Shown piece after piece: positions 56,471 through 64,000 of a stretch of DNA of 64,000 bases. The stretch's first letter is position 1; each line of letters opens with the position of its first letter. The notes under the pieces are model-generated. The model searched no databases. It was not told where the DNA came from and worked only from the letters and a program-made list of their open reading frames with translations. The stretch is from assembly GCA_965261005.1 (NCBI GenBank), contig OZ253375.1, forward strand, positions 32,001-96,000, in the 5' to 3' direction. A program made the translations under genes and the position numbers. Source of the stretch: Deinococcus sp. GTDB taxonomy: Bacteria; Deinococcota; Deinococci; Deinococcales; Deinococcaceae.

Positions 56471-57577
56471 ATGTCCGCCGCAGACGCCCACGCCGACGCT
56501 CCAATTCAAGCCACTCCCGAGCAGAACGCGCCCCGGCGCGGTCACCATAAGGTGTACGTGGGCATGGCCTCCGGCGTCGGCAAGACCTACCGCGCCCTGG
56601 GGGAGTTGCGCGAGTTGCTTTCTTCTGGGCGCCGGGTGATGGTCGGGGTGCTGGAGACGCACGGCCGCGCCGAGACGCAGCAGGCCGCCGCCGGCTTGCC
56701 GGTGTTCCCGCGCAAGGTGGTGGATTACCGGGGTGCCCAGCTGAGCGAGCTGGACCTCGACGGCTTACTCCAGCTGCGCCCCGAGGTGGTGTTGGTGGAC
56801 GACCTCGCGCACGCCAGCGCCCCCGGCAGCCGCTTCGAGCGGCGCTACGAGGCCGTGGAGGCGCTGCTTGAGGCCGGCATCGACGTGATTTCGACCGTCA
56901 ATATTCAACACTTGGAGAGCCTCAACGACGTGGTGGCGCGCCTGACCGGCGTGCGCGTCCGGGACCGTTTGCCTGACCAGGTGCTACAAGATGCGGACGA
57001 GGTGCTGCTGGTGGACGTGACGCCGCAAACGCTGCAAGGGCGGCTGCGCGCCGGCAAGATCTACGCGCCCGAAAAGGCCGACGTGGCCCTGCGCAACTTC
57101 TTCACCGAGGAGAACCTGACCGCCCTGCGCGAGCTGGCTTTGCGCCAAGTGGCCGACGCCGTGCAAGGTGAGCCGCAGGAAAGCCAAGCCAGCGTGGCGG
57201 AGCGCCTGCTGGTCGCCTGCGCCGCCGAGCCGGAGTCCGGCCGTCTGATCCGGCGCGGGGGCCGCGTCGCCAGCCGCCTGAACACCGAGTTCGACGTGGT
57301 CTACGTCGAGAGCGCCCGCCCCGACCGCGAGCAGCAAAAGCTGCTGGACTTCTTCAGGGAGACCACCGAGGACCTCGGCGGGCGCTTCGTGGTCATTCCC
57401 AACCAGGGCGGCGTCGGCCCCAGCTTGGTGCGCTACGTGCGTGAGCACCACGTTACCCAAGTGGTGCTGGGCGAAAGCAGCCGCTCGCGCTGGCAGGAGT
57501 TTCTGCGCGGCTCGGTTATTCACACCGTTTTGCGCGAAACCAGGAACGTGGACGTGTACGTGATCACGCGGGAGTGA
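56471..57577 (+). CDS. kdpD: Stand-alone KdpD N-terminal domain + USP domain
   Basis: GMASGVGKTY, ETHGRAET, STVNIQHLESLND, GKIY, FF..NL.ALRELALR, USP tail; no TM or kinase domain; TAGAAT-7nt-ATG. Confidence 0.88.
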   Translation: MSAADAHADAPIQATPEQNAPRRGHHKVYVGMASGVGKTYRALGELRELLSSGRRVMVGVLETHGRAETQQAAAGLPVFPRKVVDYRGAQLSELDLDGLLQLRPEVVLVDDLAHASAPGSRFERRYEAVEALLEAGIDVISTVNIQHLESLNDVVARLTGVRVRDRLPDQVLQDADEVLLVDVTPQTLQGRLRAGKIYAPEKADVALRNFFTEENLTALRELALRQVADAVQGEPQESQASVAERLLVACAAEPESGRLIRRGGRVASRLNTEFDVVYVESARPDREQQKLLDFFRETTEDLGGRFVVIPNQGGVGPSLVRYVREHHVTQVVLGESSRSRWQEFLRGSVIHTVLRETRNVDVYVITRE

Positions 57578-57594
57578 GTCGGGAAGGGAAAGCG

Positions 57595-57843
57595 ATGCGA
57601 ACGACGGCGACGATGACCAGCAAGGGGCGCTTGACGTTGCCGAAGCAAGTTCGCGAGCAGCTCGGCTTGCGTCCGGGCGACGCGGTGGAGTTGGTCAGCG
57701 AGGACGGCCAACTTGTGCTGCGTCCCACACGCCAAGTTTGTTTGGGCTGGGCGGGGGCGTTCGCCGAGATGCGCGCGGCGGGCGACGACGTGCCCGACCC
57801 CGAATTGCCTACGGCCTTCGATGACGAGGAATGGACCTGGTAA
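57595..57843 (+). CDS. AbrB/MazE/SpoVT family antitoxin, orphan
   Basis: TMTSKGRLTLPKQVREQLGLRPGD; acidic tail DDEEWTW. Confidence 0.88.
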   Translation: MRTTATMTSKGRLTLPKQVREQLGLRPGDAVELVSEDGQLVLRPTRQVCLGWAGAFAEMRAAGDDVPDPELPTAFDDEEWTW

Positions 57844-57956
57844 GCCGCTTCGAGGCGTGCTGATTTGACTTGTCTTGTCTGCGGAAGCGGAGTGCAAGAG
57901 CTTCGCCTGACAGCTTGGTGTCGAGTGAGCGTTTCAACTGATAATATGGGATAGAA

Positions 57957-58751
57957 ATGAAAACAAAGCAGATCGCTTTCTTCTCGTCGGCGCTCGTTCT
58001 CTCCGCTATGTTGGCCGCTTGTGGCGGGGGCGCGTCCACGTCCACACCTACGCCCTCGGTGGCCGCTACGGCTACCAGCGTGGTCGGCACCGTTCAGTCC
58101 TGGACGCGCGGCGAGGCAACTGCCGTTTTAGGGGCGAGCGCGAACGTCCTCGCGAGCGCGGACCTGAGCGCTTCGGGGACGTTCACCCTGACCTTGCCAC
58201 CCGCAGACGCGCTTTCCGCCGTTCTCGCTCCCGTAGCCACCGATCTTGCGCCGGAGGAAGGCTGCCAGGGCCGTTTCTCGTCCAGCGACCCGGCCGCGCG
58301 GGGGTATTCGTTCAGCACGCTTGACGTGACGCAGTCGGGAAATCAAGTCTCACAAATCGTGGCCGCGACAGCCACGATTACGGAGAACACGACCAAGCGC
58401 GTGACGTTGACCGTGGACGGAAACGAGTGGGTGTACGTGGACCGCCCGACCACGTTGACCGGGGGAACCACGTGTCAAGGCACGTCTGACGGCACTGCCG
58501 TGAAAATCAGTCTGTCTGCAAACGTCAAGATGCAGGCGGGATGGAACGCGCTGAAGATTACTGGAACCTTCGTGGCTACGCCCACTTCGAGTAACATTGA
58601 CCTTCGGCTCTCGGGTGGTACGGACGGTCCCTCGGTGTGGACGGACGACTCGGGCGACGGCGCGCTTCCGCTGGCTTTGTCCAAGGCGAACCAAGCAAAG
58701 GAACTGAACCTGTCAGCCGCGCTCAACCGCATCCAGCTGTTTCACAAGTAA
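57957..58751 (+). CDS. Ser/Thr-rich lipoprotein
   Basis: MKTK..hydrophobic..LAAC lipobox; GWN motif; AT-richer upstream region. Confidence 0.85.
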   Translation: MKTKQIAFFSSALVLSAMLAACGGGASTSTPTPSVAATATSVVGTVQSWTRGEATAVLGASANVLASADLSASGTFTLTLPPADALSAVLAPVATDLAPEEGCQGRFSSSDPAARGYSFSTLDVTQSGNQVSQIVAATATITENTTKRVTLTVDGNEWVYVDRPTTLTGGTTCQGTSDGTAVKISLSANVKMQAGWNALKITGTFVATPTSSNIDLRLSGGTDGPSVWTDDSGDGALPLALSKANQAKELNLSAALNRIQLFHK

Positions 58752-58760
58752 TGTTTTGCC

Positions 58761-58792
58761 AAAAGGGGACGGCCGCGCGGCCGTCCCCTTTT
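58761..58792. terminator. Bidirectional intrinsic terminator
   Basis: Perfect 32-bp palindrome AAAAGGGGACGGCCGC/GCGGCCGTCCCCTTTT between convergent genes. Confidence 0.9.
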
Positions 58793-60890
58793 ACCCGCCC
58801 CGAATGCGCTCCAGCAAGTGGGTGTGTCGCACCTCTCGTCGCCGCCCGGCGGCGATTTCCCAAGCGCGGCGCGAGCCGACCGCCAGGAACTGCTCGCTGG
58901 CCCGCGTGAGGGCGGTGTAGGCCAAATTGCGCGAGAGCATGTTGGCGTGCGCCTCGTGCAGCACGCCGATCACCGCGCGCCACTCGCTGCCCTGCGCGCG
59001 GTGGACCGTCAGGGCGTAGCCGAGCTGAAGGTTCCACAGCTCGGACCCCGACAGCTCGACGATGTTGCCCTCGAAGTCCACCTGCACCTTGCCGCCGCCC
59101 TCCGCGAGCACCACGCCCTGGGTGCCGTTGAAGATTTCGTTTTGGTAGTCGTTCTTGGTCTGCACGACGTAATCGCCGGCCCGAAGGTCGAACTCGCCCA
59201 CGCGGGTGCCGCCGCCGCCGGGGTTGAACTGCTGTTGCAGGGCGAGGTTCAGCGCCTCCACGCCCAGCGGCCCCTTGCGCATAGGGGACAGGACCTGCAC
59301 CTTGCCGGGACCGCCGAGTTCGCGCGCCAGCAGGGCCACCCGGCGCGCGGCCACGTCGCCGGCCACCTCGACCAGCCGCAACTCCCCGTCCCCGAACTCG
59401 GGGGCGGCCCCCCCCAGCAGGGCGTGCGCGGCGGTTACGATGGGACTTTCGGCCGCTTGGCGGTACACCCGGCTCAGGCGCACGGTGGGGGCGGCCTCGG
59501 TCAGGGCCAGCAGCGGGAGGCCGGCGTCCACCGGCGGGAGCTGGTCGGCGTCCCCCACCAGCAGCACCCGGCTGCCCGGCCCCAGCGCGCCCAGAAGGGC
59601 CAGCAGCAGCGCGTCGCCGCACATGCTGACCTCGTCCACGATTACCAGGTCGTACAGCAACGGCTCCAGCGGCCCGAAGCGGAACCCTTCCGGCCCGTAG
59701 CCCAACAAACGGTGAATGGTGCTGGCCTGACGACCTGTCACCTCGCCCAGGCGCCTCGCGGCCTTGCCGGTCGGCGCGCACAGCGCTACTTCCAGGCCCA
59801 GCTTCTCGGCCAGGTCGGCCACCCGCCCCGTCGCGGTGCTCTTGCCGGTGCCGGGGCCGCCGGTCAGCACGACCAGGCGGTTTTTTTCCAGCAGGCTGAG
59901 TACCTCAGCCTGCTCGCCCGACAGCCCTCGCGCGTCCTGGGAGGTCACCTTCCAGCCCGACTCGGGCGGGGTTGCCAGCAGGGTCCGAATGGCGCCCGCC
60001 AGCTTCTTCTCGGCGCGCAGGACAGAGGGGAGATAAATGCGCCCGTCGTCGTCGGTGACGCGGCCGAGATCGCAGGCGCTGTCCAGGGCGAAGGCGGCCT
60101 GCTGGGGCGTGACGTGCGCGTAGTAGGTCAGGCCCCTGAGCGCCCGCTCAAAGGGCAGGTAGGTATGGCCGCCGGCCAACTGGGCCTGCTGAAGCGCGTA
60201 CACGGCGGCGGCGGTCAGGCGGCGCGGGTCGTCCTGCGGAACGCCCTGTTCCCGCGCCAGCTTGTCGGCGCTCAGGAAGCCGATGCCCTCGATCTCGGTC
60301 AGGGCGTAGATGTCGCCGCTGAGGCGCTCCAGCGCCGCCGAGCCGAAGTGCTTGAGGGCGCGCTGAGCCTGCGACACGCTCAGGCCCAACCCTTGCAGGG
60401 CGGCCATCAGCTTGCGCTCGCCGCCGGCCTCTTCCCAGCTGCTGACCATCTTGTGCAGGGTCGTCTGGGTCACCCCCGGCACCCTGAGCAGCTGCTGCGG
60501 GTCCTCGGACAGCAGGTCCAGCGCCGCCGCCCCGAACTGGCGCGCGATGCGCCCGGCCAACACCTTGCCGACCCCCGAGACGCGCGCCTCCAGGTAGGCC
60601 GCCACCCCCGCCTCGCTGAGGGCCACCGGCACGTCGTCGAGCAGCATGGTTTGCACCCGGTACTGGTAGCCGTACTCGCGGTGTTCCTCCAGCGTCACCT
60701 CGGCGCTGAAGGTGTCGCCGGCCTCCAAGGGGGGCACCAGCCCGACCATTGTCGCGTCGTCGTCCTTGCCCTCGGCATTTTCCAAGGTCGCCGACAGCAC
60801 CGCGAAGCCGCCCTCGCCGCGAAAGCGCACCTTGTTCACGCTGCCGCGCACGCGCAGCAAGGGGATGGCGGGGGGCGAGGATTTGGTCAT
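58791..60890 (-). CDS. recD: RecD2-type ATP-dependent DNA helicase
   Basis: HhH GVG/GIGF, TGGPGTGKST, APTGKAA, VDEVSM, VGDADQLPPV, YALTVHRAQGSE, YTALTRA. Confidence 0.96.
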   Translation of the reverse strand: MTKSSPPAIPLLRVRGSVNKVRFRGEGGFAVLSATLENAEGKDDDATMVGLVPPLEAGDTFSAEVTLEEHREYGYQYRVQTMLLDDVPVALSEAGVAAYLEARVSGVGKVLAGRIARQFGAAALDLLSEDPQQLLRVPGVTQTTLHKMVSSWEEAGGERKLMAALQGLGLSVSQAQRALKHFGSAALERLSGDIYALTEIEGIGFLSADKLAREQGVPQDDPRRLTAAAVYALQQAQLAGGHTYLPFERALRGLTYYAHVTPQQAAFALDSACDLGRVTDDDGRIYLPSVLRAEKKLAGAIRTLLATPPESGWKVTSQDARGLSGEQAEVLSLLEKNRLVVLTGGPGTGKSTATGRVADLAEKLGLEVALCAPTGKAARRLGEVTGRQASTIHRLLGYGPEGFRFGPLEPLLYDLVIVDEVSMCGDALLLALLGALGPGSRVLLVGDADQLPPVDAGLPLLALTEAAPTVRLSRVYRQAAESPIVTAAHALLGGAAPEFGDGELRLVEVAGDVAARRVALLARELGGPGKVQVLSPMRKGPLGVEALNLALQQQFNPGGGGTRVGEFDLRAGDYVVQTKNDYQNEIFNGTQGVVLAEGGGKVQVDFEGNIVELSGSELWNLQLGYALTVHRAQGSEWRAVIGVLHEAHANMLSRNLAYTALTRASEQFLAVGSRRAWEIAAGRRREVRHTHLLERIRGG

Positions 60891-60891
60891 G

Positions 60892-60908
60892 TTACGTGGA
60901 CAGCATAT
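60892..60908. promoter_or_regulatory. RDRM-like (DdrO-binding) 17-bp operator
   Basis: TTACGTG-GAC-AGCATAT (minus strand ATATGCT-GTC-CACGTAA), 1 nt from the recD ATG; matches the consensus as recalled, and recD is a known RDR regulon gene. Confidence 0.72.
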
Positions 60909-61003
60909 CGCAGGCCGGGCGACCCGATCAAAACAGGGGGAGCTTGCCCCCAAAGATTGCTCACGTGCGCTCCGGTCACGCCCGAAAGTTTGTAATCTGA
61001 GTT

Positions 61004-64000
61004 ATGTCTGAGTACGAAGAGCGCAAGCAAGGTCAGCAAAGGGCAGCCGCAGCGCCGCAGATCACCTACGTGCCCCCGCTGCCGGTTCCGGATCAGGCCG
61101 CCATCCAGCTTGAGCTGCAACAGCGCGCATTACAGCGCTACCAGCAGTTTTTTGACATACAAGCCGTCGCCCAACGTTCGAGCGCCGCCCCGGTTCTCGA
61201 AGCTGCCCAGGTGCAACGTAGCTTTGCCTTGCAGCGCCAGCAATCGCAGTTGGCTTTGCAACGTCAGATCGAGGCGCTGAGCGAGGGGCTGCCTCCCGAT
61301 GTCCTACAAGCGGCGCTACAACGTCAGGCCGAGCAAGCTGGGGTACCGGCGTTGCCCCCCGTCTTTAGCGGTCCCACGAGGTCACAGCCTTCCTACGCCG
61401 ACCACGCCCAGCGCTATGCCCATGAAGCGGTGTCGTTGCAACGGCAGGCCGACCAGCACAGCGGCTTCGTCGCCATGTCCGCTTGGCCGACCATCCAACA
61501 ACGGGCGACGCAGGACTTGGTGCAGCGCTTCCGTCAAGATACTTCCCCCGCCATTCAGCGTTACGCCGAGTTGGGACGCAGCTTGGCCCTGGTGCAACGC
61601 CAGCCGCAAGGGAAACAGGTGGCGCGGGTCGTGTTGCAACGTTTGCCGGCGGGTGAGCGGCCCATGGTGCAGAGAGCGCTGGACGAGGCTGAACAAGAGC
61701 ATCAGCAGTTCCAGGCGCAGGATCAGAACGCCTTACAGCTGCACGCCTTGCAACGGAAGCTGACAGAGGAAGAAAACCTTGCTCCTATCGCTCTCCCAAG
61801 CAGAAGCGGCCAACCCCTCTCTTTGGCGGTGCAGCGGCAATTGGAAGTGGGGCTGAACATTCCGAGAGAACACTTGCAAAGCGTCAGAGTCCATGTCGAC
61901 TCCAGCGCCCATAGCTTTGCCAAGTCGGTTCAAGCCATCGCGGCGACGGTCGGAACGCACATCTTCTTTCAGCAGGGCAAGCTGGACACCGAGAGCGCCG
62001 AGGGCCAAGAGCTGCTGGCGCACGAGGTGACGCACACCTATCAGCAGGCGCAAGGGAAAGTCACAGGCAAAGGGATTGACCCCGACCCTGGGCTGGAGCA
62101 AGAGGCGCGGGAAGCGGGGCGGAAGTTCGCGCAGCGCGTTTCTCCCATGGACATGCCGAGCGTTCTGAAAGGCGAGGTGAAGAGCAAGACTCGCGCGGCT
62201 CAACGTGTTCCCGCGCCCCAACAGAGCGCACTCCAGCGCAGGGCCACGGACGAACCCAAGCAAACTGGCCCGCTCCAAGACTGGGCGGGCACGCTGGCCA
62301 ACACGGCCGTCAGCCTGAAGCTGCGCCAAAACGGCGGCAAGCTGCACGGCCGCTACAGCTATCAGGGCCACGCCGACTTCCTGACCGTCGAGGGCACGCT
62401 GGACGCGACGGGCAAAGTTCAGCTCACCGAGCGCGACGCCGGCGGCAAGGTCACCGGCACTTTTGAGGGCGTCCTCAAGGGAGACACGCTCGACGGGCAA
62501 TGGACTTCCGCACAGAGCGGCCGAGCGCACAGGTTCAGCCTGCGAAAAAACGCCGCTGGGGCGCAGCAGTGGGCACACGACTATGCTGGCCACGTTGGCG
62601 GGGCGGCCATACACGTTCACCTCGGTAGGCAGGGCGACACTCTGGAACTGGCCTACGGCTACGACAAGAGCGGCCCGGACCTGCCGCTTCGGCTGAGCGG
62701 CAAGCTGAGCGACCCGACCAAAAAGACCTTTCGCTGTGAGGGTTCGGGAGAGGTATTTGAGGGCGCCTTCGTGGGAGCGGACGGCGCAACCGTGCGGGGC
62801 AAGTGGCATGGAAACGGCAAAACGCTCGACTTCGAGTTCAGGTTGAGCCAAGAGAAACAAAGCCAAGCTGACAAGCAGCCTGCACAGCCGGGCGGCGAGA
62901 TATCGGAGCAATTCATTGACGCGGTGCTGGCCGCGCTCCCGGACGCCATGCGGCGGGACCCCATCACAGTCCATGGCAAAGTGGGGCAGCGGGTCGAGCC
63001 GAACCTCACCAGGAACCCGCGCTACCGCGAGGACACCCGGCGCATTCTGCAAGCCTGCCTGAACGCGGGCATCACCGACAAAGCGCAAATCGCCTATGTG
63101 CTGACCAGCGCGGCACACGAAAGCAGCTACGGGCGGAACATGCGTGAACTGGGGGGCTTCGACTACTTCGAGCACCACTACGGCCCGGACGGCAAGGCCC
63201 CTGCGCGCGCCAAGAGTATGGGCAACACCCAACCCGGCGACGGCTTTAAGTACAGAGGGCGGGGCTTCGTTCAGGTTACATGGAAGAAAAATTACGAGGA
63301 ATGGACGAAGCGACTTAGAAAATATATGCCGCCCGGAGAAGTTATTGACCTCATCAGCAACCCCGACCTGATCGGGCAGGACCGTGACTTGGCGGCGAAG
63401 ATTCTGGCGGAGGGGTTGCGGGACGGCGTGTTCGCCGGCATCTGGACGGCTCCAGGTCGCAAGCGCCCCATGACGCGACTGAATGAACTGAACGAGGGGC
63501 ACGCCGACCAGTTGAGCTTCGCGGCGGCCCGCAACCTGGTCAACGGGGGCAGCCTGGCCGAACCGATTGGTGGCGCCGCCGAAGCGCTCTACCTGCGGCT
63601 TCGGCAGCTTCAACCCTTCTTGGACCCACAAAACCCGCAACAATCACAGCCACCGGGGGAGCTTGCCCAGAGCATGGTCAAGATGGCGCAGGAGGGGCTG
63701 ACGGCGGGCTGGTCGCCGAGCTTGGGCTATTCATGTTCGGCATGGGTTCGGACGGTGGTCGAACATACTCTTCAGACGGGCGACCACGGCTTGTTTCGTG
63801 ACAAACGACATCCGCATGGCCTCTTCGGCATTAGCGCGCTGAAGACACTGGAATACTTTAAGAGCGAGGGTTTGACGCAGCCGTACCAGGGAGAGGGTGA
63901 GTTGCAGCCGGGGGACATTCTCTTTTGGGATGTGCCGAGCAGCTTCGGTCATATCGCCGTCTATTTGGGCGGTGGTAAGGTCGCTGGTAATCACTATGTT
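61004..64000 (+). CDS. DUF4157 (eCIS core) protein with GH19 and NlpC/P60-CHAP-like domains; 3' truncated by window edge
   Basis: Hand-translated with no stop for 999 codons; TAATCT-5nt-ATG; GQPL..VRVH..ELLAHEVTHTYQQ; AYVLTSAAHES..DGFKYRGRGFVQVTWKKNY; YSCSAWV..PGDILFW..GHIAVYLG. Confidence 0.9.
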   Translation, partial: MSEYEERKQGQQRAAAAPQITYVPPLPVPDQAAIQLELQQRALQRYQQFFDIQAVAQRSSAAPVLEAAQVQRSFALQRQQSQLALQRQIEALSEGLPPDVLQAALQRQAEQAGVPALPPVFSGPTRSQPSYADHAQRYAHEAVSLQRQADQHSGFVAMSAWPTIQQRATQDLVQRFRQDTSPAIQRYAELGRSLALVQRQPQGKQVARVVLQRLPAGERPMVQRALDEAEQEHQQFQAQDQNALQLHALQRKLTEEENLAPIALPSRSGQPLSLAVQRQLEVGLNIPREHLQSVRVHVDSSAHSFAKSVQAIAATVGTHIFFQQGKLDTESAEGQELLAHEVTHTYQQAQGKVTGKGIDPDPGLEQEAREAGRKFAQRVSPMDMPSVLKGEVKSKTRAAQRVPAPQQSALQRRATDEPKQTGPLQDWAGTLANTAVSLKLRQNGGKLHGRYSYQGHADFLTVEGTLDATGKVQLTERDAGGKVTGTFEGVLKGDTLDGQWTSAQSGRAHRFSLRKNAAGAQQWAHDYAGHVGGAAIHVHLGRQGDTLELAYGYDKSGPDLPLRLSGKLSDPTKKTFRCEGSGEVFEGAFVGADGATVRGKWHGNGKTLDFEFRLSQEKQSQADKQPAQPGGEISEQFIDAVLAALPDAMRRDPITVHGKVGQRVEPNLTRNPRYREDTRRILQACLNAGITDKAQIAYVLTSAAHESSYGRNMRELGGFDYFEHHYGPDGKAPARAKSMGNTQPGDGFKYRGRGFVQVTWKKNYEEWTKRLRKYMPPGEVIDLISNPDLIGQDRDLAAKILAEGLRDGVFAGIWTAPGRKRPMTRLNELNEGHADQLSFAAARNLVNGGSLAEPIGGAAEALYLRLRQLQPFLDPQNPQQSQPPGELAQSMVKMAQEGLTAGWSPSLGYSCSAWVRTVVEHTLQTGDHGLFRDKRHPHGLFGISALKTLEYFKSEGLTQPYQGEGELQPGDILFWDVPSSFGHIAVYLGGGKVAGNHYV

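Noticed and set aside
58818..60995. 725-aa plus-strand ORF, and many similar long Arg/Ala-rich ORFs
   Set aside because: Antisense or off-frame shadows typical of high-GC DNA (here of recD)
61002..61018. TTATGTCTGAGTACGAA over the effector start as a second RDRM
   Set aside because: The right half-site does not fit the palindrome at 17-bp spacing
61733..63643. 636-aa minus-strand ORF
   Set aside because: Antisense shadow of the plus-strand DUF4157 gene; no recognisable motifs

Overview
High-GC bacterial chromosome window, most likely Deinococcaceae. Evidence: the TCHKT-type bacilliredoxin AbxC, a nurA-herA pair, a short stand-alone KdpD, an RDRM-like operator at recD, and pervasive leaderless genes. 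Most genes are housekeeping (ispDE, ubiX, trmFO, pgm, rarA, dtd, udg, miaB, rnhB, mrp, guaA, pstSCA, tmk, queG, pilT, recD). Accessory content includes an IS4-family element with a 9-bp TSD that splits a methyltransferase, a 133-bp MITE-like repeat that splits vapC, and five toxin-antitoxin loci, three of which lack a working toxin. The main find is an ORF missing from the supplied track because it runs off the window (61004..>64000, at least 999 codons). It encodes a Gln-rich N-terminus, a DUF4157/eCIS-core domain, two beta-rich repeats, a GH19 lysozyme-like domain and an NlpC/P60-CHAP-like domain, i.e. a candidate multi-warhead antibacterial effector divergent from recD. A recurrent 15-bp tandem micro-duplication signature also runs through the window. 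All family assignments come from motif recognition by eye; no database searches were run.
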